Assembly: GCF_026571515.1 (NCBI RefSeq)
Contig: NW_026853285.1
Location: 372,001 to 436,000, forward strand
Origin: Ruditapes philippinarum
Lineage: Eukaryota
Direction of reading: 5' to 3'
Length of the DNA stretch: 64,000 bases
Under the pieces are notes generated by a model. It saw only the letters and a program-made list of their open reading frames with translations, did not search any database and was not told the origin of the DNA. A program made the translations under genes and the position numbers. This document shows, one piece after another, positions 37,860-50,134 of the stretch; positions within the stretch are counted from its first letter, which is position 1; each line of letters starts with the position of its first letter.

Positions 37860-38125
37860 GATTGGAAATGGGGCTTTAAGGGTTTATGCATCAGACTTGC
37901 AGCCACCGCTTATCAAGAGGAGACTAAATGGTTTTAATTAATATAGTCTTTGCATTTTTTTGAGCTCCAGCAGGTAAGGTGGTTTTAACCCCAGGCGTTG
38001 TTTTAACTTTGTAACACCCGAGGTTTTGTAACACCCGAGGTTTTGTAACACTCATATTTCATGATTCGGCGCCATATGATCTTAATTTTGTTGTTTCGCC
38101 GTAAAACCAAAACAAACAAAAAAAC
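37860..38125 (+). mobile_element. SINE-like fragment with internal 17-bp tandem expansion
   Basis: (TTTTGTAACACCCGAGG) repeated about 2.6 times at 38008-38052; tail GGCGCCATATGA...CGCCGTAAAACCAAAACAAAC. Confidence 0.55.
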
Positions 38126-38759
38126 TGGATGCTTTGATTGTACATGTATAACATCAGTGTCAATGTTCTATAGAACCTCCTTCAAAAAGACAGAACGTAC
38201 GACAAGTGAATATTCATTGAAAGTATTGTTGAAAACTAAAAGTGCAAACGAATTACTTACAGTGACAATGCCATATACATCTAAAACGCGTCCTTTATTG
38301 GCTAGTAAAGGATTAACGTAAATGCCCGATATTTCCGATTAAGAATTAATTACTTTAACAACATCCGGTAAAAGGAAACCCTCGGACAGTTTATCTAGAG
38401 GTACAAGGCATGTATTTCGCTAATTATTTCTAAGGTTATTTTCATTTTATTTGTAGAAGAAATTACTTTTACACTAATACATCATTGCCTTTCGTGGAAC
38501 AATGATTTTATGCCTCCACTGACTAAAAACATGGGAAGAATACTGCGTTCGTATTGTATGATCAAACGGAGAGAAGTAATAATTCTAAATTTGTGAAATT
38601 TGGTATTGACAATGCACATTTACAAAAAATGACCACTAGCTATTAATTATGAGGTCAGAGAAGAAAAGGTATAGGTAATAGGTGTATTATTGCAATAACC
38701 ATAAAAAAACTTATCCGACCAATAACAAACACAGACTTTTCGCATAACTGAAGTAATTC

Positions 38760-39150
38760 TAAGAATTTATATACATACTAGGTATTATATAACAATGTAT
38801 TTTAACGTATTAAGTACCGATTTCCCGGTACAGATTACAAACAAGTACATTTGTATAAAATTAAATTCGTTTTCAATTTCTTGCGTATTACAAAGCTGAC
38901 ATGTGCGCTCATGTCGTTCAAGTCTGTTTTTACCATATCTACCAAATTCTTTTCTTAAATTATGCGCAGATATTCTAAGACGGGTGGATTTAGTATTTAT
39001 ACAAGATACAAGATACAAGAAACTTTATTTTAAGTCGGTTTAAGACACACATTTAACAATGATATTATTAGAATTAAGCAACATTAACCAATACTTTAGT
39101 ATATTAACATATCTATTTACATAAAGCGGATATCTTCCAAGGTCACTATG
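38760..39150 (-). mobile_element. LINE ORF2 C-terminal remnant (CR1/L2-group like)
   Basis: ORF 38785-39018 gives TRLRISAHNLRKEFGRY...ERTCQLCNTQEIENEFNFI, the RLRxSxHxL..GRY..CxxC..EDEFHF motif of non-LTR ORF2 ends. Confidence 0.85.
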
Positions 39151-39367
39151 AAATGCTGTATTACCAGAGCTTGTTTTCACACCAAGAAATAACTTACAAA
39201 ATTTCAGATGTTATCTCGCGATATCTTTGTAAATCCCCAGACTGGAGAAGCATAATATATGATAGAACTGACAAAAGCAGCATATACTTGCAAGGAAACA
39301 GAAGAAGATATTTTCATACTTATTTATATTACATATTAAGACATTCATTGCCTTCAAAGCTTTACCA

Positions 39368-39597
39368 GTAAGATAGATGAGTGACGCAATGGACGAGTGG
39401 TTAAGGCCTAGGACTAGTAATCTAATGATCGCTAGCCGCATGGGTTCAAACCCCGTCAGGGGCAAGTCGTTGTTTCCTTGAGCAAGAAACTTTACACTCA
39501 TTGTTCAGTACTGGTTGATTCCAGGAACGGATTCGAAAGTGTGTCTATAAGCTTATAGCTTCCTACACAATCGAACTAAAATAAATTCTATATAAAC
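39368..39597 (+). mobile_element. Full-length tRNA-Ser-like SINE with 13-bp TSD (CORE-like centre)
   Basis: TGGACGAGTGGTTAAGG A box, GGTTCAAACC B box, CCTTGAGCAAGAAACTTTA CORE-like motif; CAAAGCTTTACCA duplicated at 39355-39367 and 39598-39610. Confidence 0.9.
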
Positions 39598-39674
39598 CAA
39601 AGCTTTACCAACAAGATATTGGTTGTGGAGAACAAAGGACCCAGGATAATTAAATACTATACATATTACGTTTA

Positions 39675-39795
39675 GCGCGGAGGAAGGTAGTCTAGTACTG
39701 GTGTAACTCTCCAGGAACGATGGTTAGGAAACTACCCGCCTATATGACTGAAATACTGTTGGAAAAATGCGTAAAAGGAAACAAACAAACAAACA
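39675..39795 (+). mobile_element. Truncated SINE 3' fragment
   Basis: TAGTACTGG...TCCAGGAAC...GACTGAAATACTGTTG...(AAAC)n tail. Confidence 0.55.
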
Positions 39796-42700
39796 CCTAA
39801 ATAATTAAAATCGTCCAACTTCCAAAGCTTCGTTATTATTAAAACAACGTTCATGAGGAAGTACCGGTCCTCTATTCCAAAAAAAAAAACCCAACTATTT
39901 TAGTTTTGACTGTATTCACCTCTAAGCCCAATACTCATTTTTACTGTCAAGATTAGATCAATTATTTGGACACTTCAAAAAATTGACTATTTTACTGGTG
40001 TTTGAGAAATAAGTAATAATTACAAATGTTTATAATACAATAAAGAAAAATCCTAAAATATTAACAAAAACTGCCCACTATTTTTATAACCTGAAAATTA
40101 CCGATAATTTCCAAAGGATATTTATAGATATTTTATGTGTTATATAAGTGGGTTATAGATTACTCAGGTTTTATTATAAATTTGGAAACAAATATGACAA
40201 AATGTAAAGTTATTTTAGTTTTACATGAATTTTCCATTTACTTTTGGATGGGCATAGTGTCACTTAAAATTTGGTTTAGATAAAATTATATGTATGCGTT
40301 CTATATAGATACATGTATATTAGACAATATATTTCTGCGTACATAAACGTGAGAACCGTAAATACTAACTTTCTTTACATAATTTTCTTCGCGTGATTTT
40401 CTGCACGCGGTGACGAGAGAAAGTAAGAAACTGCGACTTATATGGAATCGCATGTTACAGAGTTATTGCTTTCTTAGTAATAAAGAACTGCGATCGAAAT
40501 ATTCTAGCAAAGTTGTGATTAACAATTATGTCAAGAAGTCGGACAATTTTACAGGCACTTTTTATCAATAAACATTCTGTTTTCTAATTCCAACGTGATA
40601 TGCTAACCATTACAACTGTTGAGGTCGATTTTATCTTTTAAAACTATGTTTTGAATTAAAAATAATACCACTGTGTTCTAAGGTAAAATCATATAAACAT
40701 ACTCAGCCCTACGTAATTAAAACACCTTAAATAATACAAACAATTAAATTTAGTGTCATTTAAGACGCATTTGGCTTTCAAAAGAGCAGTTTGAGAATTG
40801 ATTAGGTTAAGAGATAACGTAGCTACATTTCATTTAGGATAGGTGATATAATCCTCTTTTAAAGATAACATTACTGTTCTTTTCTAAGACATGAATATAG
40901 CAATGCTAGGGTTATTCCCGTAAATTATGACTTTTTGTGATCGTCAAAGGCGTTTCTTTTCTTTTTTTTTACAATGTACATTGCGGTGTGGTTTCTTTTA
41001 ATTGTGATAGAAAACACGCAATATTGACATATTTGTGAAAATAAATTTGCTCCCAACATTTTCTTAATTTATTGAAAACAAAGCATTTACCTGAGATATT
41101 TCATATGCTGTTTAAATGCTCTGACTCATGAACTTGTAATTCTATTATTTGTACAAAAACACATTGTTAAGTCATAGCTATATTTGCAGTATAGTTCATA
41201 CACGTCTTTGCTAAATATACATTGAAACGTTGTAATAATACTGTATAGACGAATTGTTAAATAATAACTTTAGGTACGTGCGATATAGTTCATACAATAG
41301 TTATTTGCTGTTGTATCTTACTTTCTTATCATATCGAGTATTCATGTTGTCCACAGTCACACATTTTCTTAATTCAATACATTTACCTTTTCCACTGAAT
41401 ATCACTAAACACCCATCATTCAGGAACTTCTTCGATATAGAGTATCAGTAAAGAAGATAAATCATAATTTTTTTATTCCATTGCACTATTTCTTAAGTTT
41501 CATTCGGGCCCACGCCTGCATCGATTAAAATCAATACTAGCACTGACATTTGCAGCAAGAATTCGATTATTTGTCTCCAGTGAAGCTGTCTTTGTAAGAA
41601 CGTGTAAGGAAGTATTCATGAATCAATTTCAAAGCTTTATTTGTCCTGATACATGTACATCTCAGGTGTGTTTCATGTAAGATCGTCGATCGCTATAAAT
41701 TCAACCGCTAAAAAACTATGGGAGTCAGTCTTGCTCATTTATCTAGTATGTTGTATTTAACGGTGTTTATAATATTGAACAATAATTGAACCTGGCGTTT
41801 ATTAAGTGCAACCCGACATATGTGAGTTTTTATCAAACACAACATTTTCATTTTTCTAAAACGTATTTTGACTCTATATTTGTTCTCACCTAAACATTCT
41901 CAAGGTTTGGCGAATTAGTGATTAGTAAAGCAACTATTATTTATTCAGTAAAGTATTACACTGTATAATAAAGTTTTATCATAAAAAACAACAAAAAACA
42001 AAACATCATAGGATTGAAAATTCAAACAAAATAAATAATAAATAAAATAATAGTATGTCCAATACATTATTAAAGTACTAGTATGTCCAATTGGTTTATC
42101 AATTTAAAATGGTATAACAATACGAAAAATTGGAAAAGCATTGTTGATAAATCATATAAACGTTTATCATACCATTATCATATACTCGCCCCACTTTTGC
42201 GTCTCCGTGAAAATGTTATTACGCAACAGTTATTGTGTCGTCGTTATTTGCGTAAAGACGCTCTAAATGTACGCGTTACACTAGAAGTGCGTTATTGTTT
42301 TTCTGTAATCAATTCTTTCATTATATTCTGTTTATATAATTGTAATCTTTTTATAATGACATCATTCCGCATGATAAACAATATTAATCTAGATATTTCT
42401 AGACATCATGTGATTACAAACAGAATATGTTGTTACGTTGCTGCCAGGTGATTAAAGGTTGCCAAAAATGTATTATAACCATTTGTTAAATGAGTGATAT
42501 GTAGATAATTGAGTCGTATTAGCTGTCGGCTATGTCCGTTGAAAAACTTATTTTCTCTGAGATCAACGGGTATTTAACATGTTTAATGAACATATGTTTG
42601 GAATGTACACGATCATAATGTAGATATAGACAGGAAATGTTCGTTATTATATATAAATTGGGCTTTATACGTCAATTTGTCCATTTTATGTCAGTTAATC

Positions 42701-42985
42701 ATGAGAAGAAAAAAAAAACATAACAGGAAGAATATAATTATAATGTATATAATAAAGAGTTATAGTTTTCTTCAAATAATTGACGTCTACAAGAAAAAAA
42801 TATAAAGAGAAAATAAATTTTAAAAATTATAGAAAGATTTTTTCAAAAAAAAAGACAAAACTTGTTTCCTACGTAATATTTTTCTGTACCAGACATGTTA
42901 TCATACAGATAAGAAGAAATTCATCCAAGAAGTCAAGGATTTGTACATCAGTCTTTGAACTTTGAGGCCTAGTAATGCTGGTTCG

Positions 42986-43161
42986 GAAATATAGCCCCGA
43001 GCTCCGATTATTCCATTTGTAGAGCAATAAAAAGTCTTCTGTTAAAGTTGGTGATTTCTGAGTATTCAAACAGAAATATAGCTCAGAGCTTTGATTATTC
43101 CATTGGTAGGACAATAAAGAGTCTTCTATTAGAGATAGTAATTTCTGAGTATTAAAACAGA
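42986..43161. repeat. Two-unit 87-bp tandem repeat downstream of the GPCR
   Basis: GAAATATAGC...GAGTATT(C/A)AAACA starts at 42986 and 43073; single unit at 61322-61410. Confidence 0.9.
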
Positions 43162-43318
43162 TTCGTTGCATCTTTTCACTACCTTGAATCGTTTTGTATG
43201 AATTAAAAATACACTTTTGTGATGGTTATAAAACTCTGTGTTCTATAATATTTAACTTAGTCATGAATACAAATGCTACTGTTATTGCAAAGTGCATACT
43301 TAATGTTTGAACATAACT

Positions 43319-44758
43319 TTAACTGAAGACGCTAGAACTGTATTTTTGTAAATAAAAAGCTCTACTACAGAATAATCGCACAAGACCTTTTCTAAATCGC
43401 TGATCCATAAAACCATACAATATTGGATTAATAAGTGTGTTAATGAAATATAGTCTCCAGAAAAAGAAAAACTGAACTGTCTGTAGTTTTGTCAAAGATT
43501 TTAACACTCCTTCGGTGTTTGCAACAGTACACACTAGTCCGAGGTATAACGACATTGTAACAATAAAAACAACAGATAAGACGAGCATAATAAATGTTTT
43601 CCTGCGCCTGACACTGAGCCGATTTCTTAAACACCTCGTTTGCCACATATTCATACGCCTTGATGATTTGTGTGGATAATCTGCATCCGATTCGGAATAA
43701 AAGTTTCTTCTATGAAATTTAATTCTTCGTTTAGATAACAATTCGGCCTGTGTTTGTTTTTCAGCTGATGCCAGGCCGTCATGATTTTCAGGAATCGCTT
43801 CAAGCTGTCGCCCAGATTTTTTTAAATTCGCTACATGATCGGACAGAAGTTTTCGTCTTATCGTTGATAACCCAGCTGGAAAGCTAAATCTCCGTTTAAG
43901 TGTATAAGGAGTAAACGAGTCATCACTTCCAAGGCAATGAGTGGAAAATTGAAAACTCACTTCGTCCTTTTCTAAAGCAGTTTGACTTTCTCCATTATTT
44001 GTACATTTATTTTCTTGCCTTAGCCCAATTAGTAGATTCTTTCCAGTGCATATATTTAATATAGCAGTTGTTAACATAATAAAGAACATTGGTGTCACAA
44101 ACGCGCATAGCATGTAAACAAAAGGAACTAAATCATACGCGTAAGAGTCTGCTTTTTCACATATTCTTACTCTTATTGAACTATTTCCTTTATTGTAATC
44201 ATATGACTGGATTCCCCAGAATACTGCTGTAGGGGACGATATGAATAAAGCGAACATTACACTGGCAAAACACAATCTAGCAGATGTTCTAACAGGAATC
44301 TGCCGTAATAAAGGATAACATATTTTCCTGTATCTATCGTAAGATAACAGAAATAGAAGTAGTCCTGTCGACCAAACAGTAAATACGTTGAAAAACGACT
44401 TGGCCTTGCACAGAGCGTTGGAAGGATAACTGTACCAGTTAGTCTGGGATACAATCTCTCCCGGGAGCGTCGTTAAGGCACTAGTCAGATCAATAAATGC
44501 CATATACAGCACAAAACATCGAAAACTACAAATCTTATACCACTTGTAGTAAACTATAAGAATAAATATATTTCCAAGCGTTCCAAGCAAAACTTCCACG
44601 GCAATTAATAATGTTACTGGAAGCACAGTTATAGTCATATCCTTTGAGAGGTCTTCAGCAATAACATATTGTTTTAACATACTTTCAGATATATTATAAC
44701 TTTTAATAGAATCGTTGTATTGTTTTAGCAAGTGTTCCACTGCAGAATCCATGTTCAT
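43319..44758 (-). CDS. Intronless class A (rhodopsin-like) orphan GPCR, peptide-receptor (CCK/orexin)-like, 479 aa
   Basis: Seven hydrophobic segments; GN (TM1), MAFID (TM2), Cys atop TM3, DRY, ECL2 Cys, TM5 Pro, NPILY (NPxxY), helix 8 DQRFRKGL; N-terminal glycosylation sequons; long ICL3. Confidence 0.95.
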   Translation of the reverse strand: MNMDSAVEHLLKQYNDSIKSYNISESMLKQYVIAEDLSKDMTITVLPVTLLIAVEVLLGTLGNIFILIVYYKWYKICSFRCFVLYMAFIDLTSALTTLPGEIVSQTNWYSYPSNALCKAKSFFNVFTVWSTGLLLFLLSYDRYRKICYPLLRQIPVRTSARLCFASVMFALFISSPTAVFWGIQSYDYNKGNSSIRVRICEKADSYAYDLVPFVYMLCAFVTPMFFIMLTTAILNICTGKNLLIGLRQENKCTNNGESQTALEKDEVSFQFSTHCLGSDDSFTPYTLKRRFSFPAGLSTIRRKLLSDHVANLKKSGRQLEAIPENHDGLASAEKQTQAELLSKRRIKFHRRNFYSESDADYPHKSSRRMNMWQTRCLRNRLSVRRRKTFIMLVLSVVFIVTMSLYLGLVCTVANTEGVLKSLTKLQTVQFFFFWRLYFINTLINPILYGFMDQRFRKGLVRLFCSRAFYLQKYSSSVFS

Positions 44759-45065
44759 GCTTCGGACAGTTAATCTAATGCATACGTGTGAATAGCCGTT
44801 TTATATTGTTAAATCCATTTTATACTGTAAAATCCATTTCTGTAAGTTTAAAACAATTGTTCACCGCATTTTTCATGAGAATCATTATGTAAATGTATGT
44901 TGACAACACAGACACGTATTTACCACTTTAACCTATTTTTTCGTACACTAGTAAATTATTGTAAAGTGTAATACTCCAGTTAGATGTTGCTTTCTTTTGT
45001 ATCATACAGTACGATATGTTTTGTATATTGTTATGCAAACTAGATCAACCTATTATATGTATTAC

Positions 45066-46921
45066 TCAGTAAACCAAACACCCAAGTCAAATAGCTTCAA
45101 TTTGAAATATTTTTGTATTACATCGGTGTGTCTTTAGTTTGATGTCATGTCTGAGTTAATTCATATCAATAACCAAGTTCTTAAAATCCGTTTAATTTTG
45201 TCATATTTGATCTTATTTAAAACAATTTATAACACGTGAAAATTTCTCCGTTTTATATGAAAACGACAAGGCAAATACTCGTGACCAAATTCCTGCTTAT
45301 TTATCGCTCTAATTTGCAAGTACATCACATAATTTATCCTCAGTAATATATGTTAGTCCGTAACTTGTATTTTGTTGTCTCCATTCTAACACGACATTTA
45401 GTAAGACTATTTAATTGTTATATTATTGTTACCTCAGCTAAAACCGATACTGAATTTCAAACGTAAACTAGCAGCGGTTATACAAATTTATTTTGTAGCT
45501 TACGCAGTAGGTGGTTTTCTTTCTCCAATAAACAAATACATTTGTTGTTTCTTTGTAAGTATTTGCGATACTTTTTCTATTGGATCTTTAATGTTAGTTT
45601 ATTTAGTTAATCTATTTTTAAGAATGTTTAAATCGTAATGTCCTATCGTTCAAAGAAGAAAAAATCATTATAATAATTGATGTTTTTAAATACATACAAT
45701 GGTAGTAGTTTATAAAGTAAAACTTACAAAAGTCGGCTCTTTATTTTTAATGTTTATGCAAACATCTTATATTTAGAAGTACAGACAGAAGCGTCCTGGT
45801 GCCAATTTAACATCTTCTTTAAAAAATTATAACTCCTGTGTAGGAGATAAAAAAGCCTAATTAGGAGATTATAGCTCCTACGTAGGACTTGATAAGTGCT
45901 CTCCTACGTACGAGTGATAAACTTCTTATTAGGCTTTTTTGTGTACTACGTTGGAGTTACAAAGTTCTAAGTAGGGCCTTTTTAAGTTATTAACTCCTAT
46001 TAGGGCTTTTTAAGTCCTACGTAGGAGTTATAGACTCCTAAATTAGGCTTTTATCCCTCCTACGTAGGAATTATTATTTTTATAGAACATGTTTTAAGAA
46101 CACCAGGACGCTTCGTCAACTTTATATGCTTTATTCCTTTGTATTCCTTGTTTTAAAAGCACTCATACTTTGTTGCCAATATTTTTGAGGAGGCTTATCA
46201 TTAAGTTCATATAATAAGTACACAAATGGTTGTCTTTGTTGTTGACATTTTTATTTTAAGAATACTGTGACTATTTTTAACAACTTATAGGCTAGATATA
46301 ACAAAAATAACCGCTTTTGCGTCAAACAATTTTATTATGACGCAAGCTATTAGGGAAAAAAACAATTAGTTCATGCCCTTTATGTGATATTGTGCTAAAG
46401 TCTGCATCTTGGAAAATTCATATATTTTCTGTTTTCTTTAGGAATAAAATCATCTTCAAAATAATTTACTTTTTGAAACGCTTCAATCTCATTTTATCTT
46501 CTTCTTTTATGCTTGACACTAATAAAATGTGAAATTTTGATGATTTTAGTGGTAAATAACTTGTGAGTCAAAACGAACATAAATAATTTTTTAAAAAATC
46601 GTTAGCTAATTATAAGTAGGTTTTCTATCCTCCATCTGTATGCAAGAAAAAGAATATTTGAAATTGATAGCATTCTGAGATTGCAGCTGCCTAAATAATT
46701 ACAATATGCGAAGAACACATTAATGAGAGAAATTTTCACGTGTTATAAATTGTTTTAAATTTGATCAAATATGTCAACATTAAACGGATTTAGGAATTTG
46801 GTTATTGATATGAATTAACTTAGACATGTCATCAAATAAAGACACACTGATGTAATACAAAAATATTTCAAATTGTAGCTATTTGACTTGGATTAACAGA
46901 CTTGAGTGTTTGGTTTCCTGA
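45066..46921. mobile_element. Non-autonomous DNA transposon with ~190-bp TIRs
   Basis: 45066-45248 is the reverse complement of 46727-46921; no ORF inside. Confidence 0.88.
45788..46114. mobile_element. MITE with 14-bp perfect TIR and repeated CTCCTACGTAGGAG palindromes
   Basis: GAAGCGTCCTGGTG / CACCAGGACGCTTC termini; nested in 45066-46921. Confidence 0.88.
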
Positions 46922-48579
46922 TTCTTTTAATCAGTCCAGAAGGTGTCGCATGCTATGTTGCAGCTATAAAAAGTTGCAAAGTACTTCAGTTTGGTGTTAT
47001 TATATTTTTTCTATTGATTCAGGATAATTGATTTAAGTATTTGAAAATTTAAGATTGCTAAAGCTAGAGGGCATCAGAAATGATGTACTTCACTATGTCA
47101 TGAACAGATCCGATCATATATTTTTCTTTTGCTTATAGGAGATAACCCAATCTCAAGAATATTTTAAATATGCACAATGAGATTACTACGCATTTGAAAT
47201 TATTCTGATATCCAACCATTTTCGTTTAGCAATGTTGATTATAGAAAAATCTGTTCATAACATTCTATTTACAAGTTAATTTAGATTTTATTCAATAACG
47301 AAACTGCACTTACAATGTATTTATATCGTATATGTTTATTCTTGGTACTGAATTTGAAAACTGGTTGCATATTACAAGCATTCATACATACCTGTTTTAA
47401 AAGTACAGTATCTGACTGTACAGTCAAAAGTGTCAGGTATGTCTGCACATTTCGATCTGAGGACAAAAAAGGATTCAGCTTTATGTGACAAAAATGCCAA
47501 TGAATGTCAATAAGTTTTACTTCTTCTGGGGAAAAAGCACCCACCACTCGGGCCAAATAACAAACCAAAGTAAATTGAGCATGTTGAAAATAATATTAGG
47601 TTTTCCCCTGATAAAAGCTTAAGAGAGAAATAGTATTAATACCTGAAAACCAGGCCCTACAAACATATTGAATATTTAAATGTGTGAATCATATATTATT
47701 GACATGCGTTTGCTTTGATTGTTCCCTTTTGTTATTGAAGCTGCTGTTCTCGACATATTGAAAAGACATGCTGTTAATTAACGTGAATGGTTACACATTC
47801 CCTTTATATATACTATTATTTTTCTAATACGTATACTTGCCACCATTTCATTTCCATTGAAACTAAGATATTATATTATACATTATATGTTTTGCAATCT
47901 TTCACAAAAGTTATCGATTTCTGTCGCCGTTTTGACAAACAAACACATTAATCGCTTATTTATTCAGTACATATATTACATATATGTTATAAATACTTGT
48001 TCAGGCTAAGGGATTTGATAACTTTTCTCCTGTGGTATAGTGTAATTTAATAAAATTGTCACTTTTGTTTTACAATCAACACCAAATGAGAACATCTGCA
48101 GATGTTTCTAACTTATAAATTTAAAATACCACGGAATTCTTTTATTTCCGACAAAAGCATTTTCAGCAAGAACATAACTAAAAAGTACTTATTGACGGTT
48201 CATCCGATGAGAGATTCTTTGCAATTGCATATTGTTAGGCATAATTGTAGTGCATTTATAAATGTATCAAACATTCATTACTCTTTTTCCCAGTTCCACT
48301 TATCAAAACAATGCCAGACTGTCATTGAGTATATATTCCTTTCTAATCACATCTATATTTTATTTAAGCTGCTTTAAAAGTGTCTTTCACGCAAATTTTC
48401 AATCCTATTTATATCAAAACGAGACGAAAAGACGTACAATTACTACAACTCATTTTTCATTTTCACGTTATTTAAATGATAAATTTGATTTAATATACAA
48501 TGTAGGTTACTCCATTAATAAACTGCATTCATAAATTTACTTTTCAACACGTTTTAAGCGGCTTTTATCTGAAAATTTA

Positions 48580-49120
48580 ACTTGGTGAAATTCGATTATG
48601 CTGAATGGTTTGATGGCAGAGCTTCAGATGGAAAAGTATTAAAAAATGCAGAATATGTCGCAAATTTGAAGGAGGCCCATATAAGCTTCCACCAATGGCT
48701 CTGTTGCCAGAGTCACGCGTATCACAGGCTACGCCATTTACTAGAGTGGGTCTTGATTATCTCGGACCATTATATATAAAAGAAATTAAAAAAGAAAAAG
48801 TATGGGTGTGTCTATTTACATGTCTTGTAACTCGTGCTGTACACCTCGAAGTTGTACGAGATATGACAGCCAATAGTTTTTTGATGTGCTTAAGAAGATT
48901 TATAGCTACAATTGGAACGCCTGTGGAACTTGTAAGTGATAACGCAAAACAATTCAAACTTTCAAGTGATTTTATCAAGCAAGTATGGAAAACAGCAGTG
49001 GAAGACGTAGACGTTCAAAATTATACATCAAATATCGGCATCAAATGGACATACATCGTGGAGTTGGCCCCTTGGAACGAATGCCTTGTTGGCATTGTAA
49101 AACGTGCTTTAAGAAAACTG
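48580..49120 (+). mobile_element. BEL/Pao LTR-retrotransposon integrase fragment
   Basis: KKCRICRKFEGGPYKLPPMALLPESRV..PF..VGLDYLGP..VCLFTC..TRAVHLE..LRRFIA..SDNAKQF..APW..E.LVGIVKRALRK; upstream stops and a short deletion in the APWxGGFYERL motif. Confidence 0.93.
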
Positions 49121-49134
49121 CTATCGCTAAAACA

Positions 49135-49253
49135 AATAGCGAAAGTAGTATCGTCATTGAAAAGTGTGAAATTATATTTTGATAATTTTCTATGTGAAAT
49201 TATCAAATATAATTTTCCCGGGTAATAAGTAATCCACTGAAAAGCATGAAATA
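49135..49253 (+). mobile_element. 3' end of terminal-hairpin element family
   Basis: Closely matches 24250-24366 (TCGTCATTGAAAAG.GTGAAATTATATTTTGATAATTTT...AGTAATCCACTGAAAAGCAT.AAATA). Confidence 0.85.
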
Positions 49254-49255
49254 AA

Positions 49256-50134
49256 TAAAGGATATTTGTTAAGTTCAGTGTAAGATCGGAATATATTTCA
49301 CCGAGTGAGCACTAAAAGGTATATTTCACGAGTGGCGCAGCCACGAGTAAAATATGAACTTTTGGTGTTCTTTTTATCATATGCAAAGAAACGTTTAAAA
49401 AGACATTTTATTTTCTCCCTCACTTACGTTCGTCCGAAAATAAAACAATTATTTGCTATACTTGACAAGGAAAAACAAAGACAGTATCGAGTTAAAAGGC
49501 GGTTTACTACTTTTTATTTCTTAAAGTCGACAATATTTTCTAATAGCAATACATGAATAATAACGTATTTTATCATGTAATAAAGACAATATATATCTCC
49601 AAAGACAAATATCAATCAACATAATTATATAGATAATTGAGCCATTGGACAGTTTTGTTACAACATAAAGCAACAATCTCACTTATTTAGACCTTAAATT
49701 AACTGAACAAAAGTAATGTTACTTGTACAGTAGCAAACCTCGAATGACTATTTAGCCGCGAAATACGCACGAGAAAAACGAGAACTATTCATACCAAATA
49801 CTTTTAAATACCACAAAGCAAAAACTAGAAAGTACCGAAAACAATATTTATTAACCTAGTACTAAATGAAAAGGGCGCCCGATGATAATACAACGTGACG
49901 TCATTTACGACGTCAATTCATAAAGTTTGTTTCCAGTACTGTGAACGCTTGTATTTCACTGAAACAACGTAAAGATCTCAAATATTCAAAACAGTGAATT
50001 ATTAAATTGATAATTTCACTGTTTAAAACAAATATTCAAAACAGTGAATTATCAAATTGATTAAAACAGTGAAATTATCAGTTTTTATTTCACTGATATA
50101 CTTTCTATTATCCACCGAAAACCATGTAATAAAA
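49256..50134 (+). mobile_element. CGAG-hairpin element
   Basis: Starts TAAAGGATATTTG; core TTTCA-CGAG-TGGC-GCA-GCCA-CGAG-TAAAA (49324-49352); internal TTTTATCATATGC partly matched by terminal CCATGTAATAAAA; 3' GTGAATTAT..ATAATTTCAC palindromes. Confidence 0.8.

Larger units (their letters stand above)
41208..46772 (+). repeat. GPCR-containing duplicated block, copy 1
   Basis: Colinear with 59965-64000, with several indels including ~45442-46436 absent from copy 2. Confidence 0.95.

Noticed and set aside
615-42965. Numerous 60-120 aa ORFs in the ORF track
   Set aside because: Low-complexity I/F/K/L-rich translations of AT-rich DNA or repeats, many with non-ATG starts; not preserved between duplicated copies.
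42869-43171. 100-aa ORF with a 71-aa counterpart at 61205-61420
   Set aside because: Frame is kept only because the 87-bp repeat is a multiple of three; no homology recognised; lies in the probable GPCR 3' UTR.
43440-44454. Overlapping alternative-frame ORFs inside the GPCR (also 61677-61883, 62486-62683)
   Set aside because: Short same-strand shadows, conserved only because the GPCR DNA is duplicated.
48695-49225. 176-aa ORF as a functional or domesticated integrase
   Set aside because: Zinc-finger region is disrupted upstream, the motif before the catalytic Glu is deleted, and the C-terminus runs into unrelated repeat DNA.
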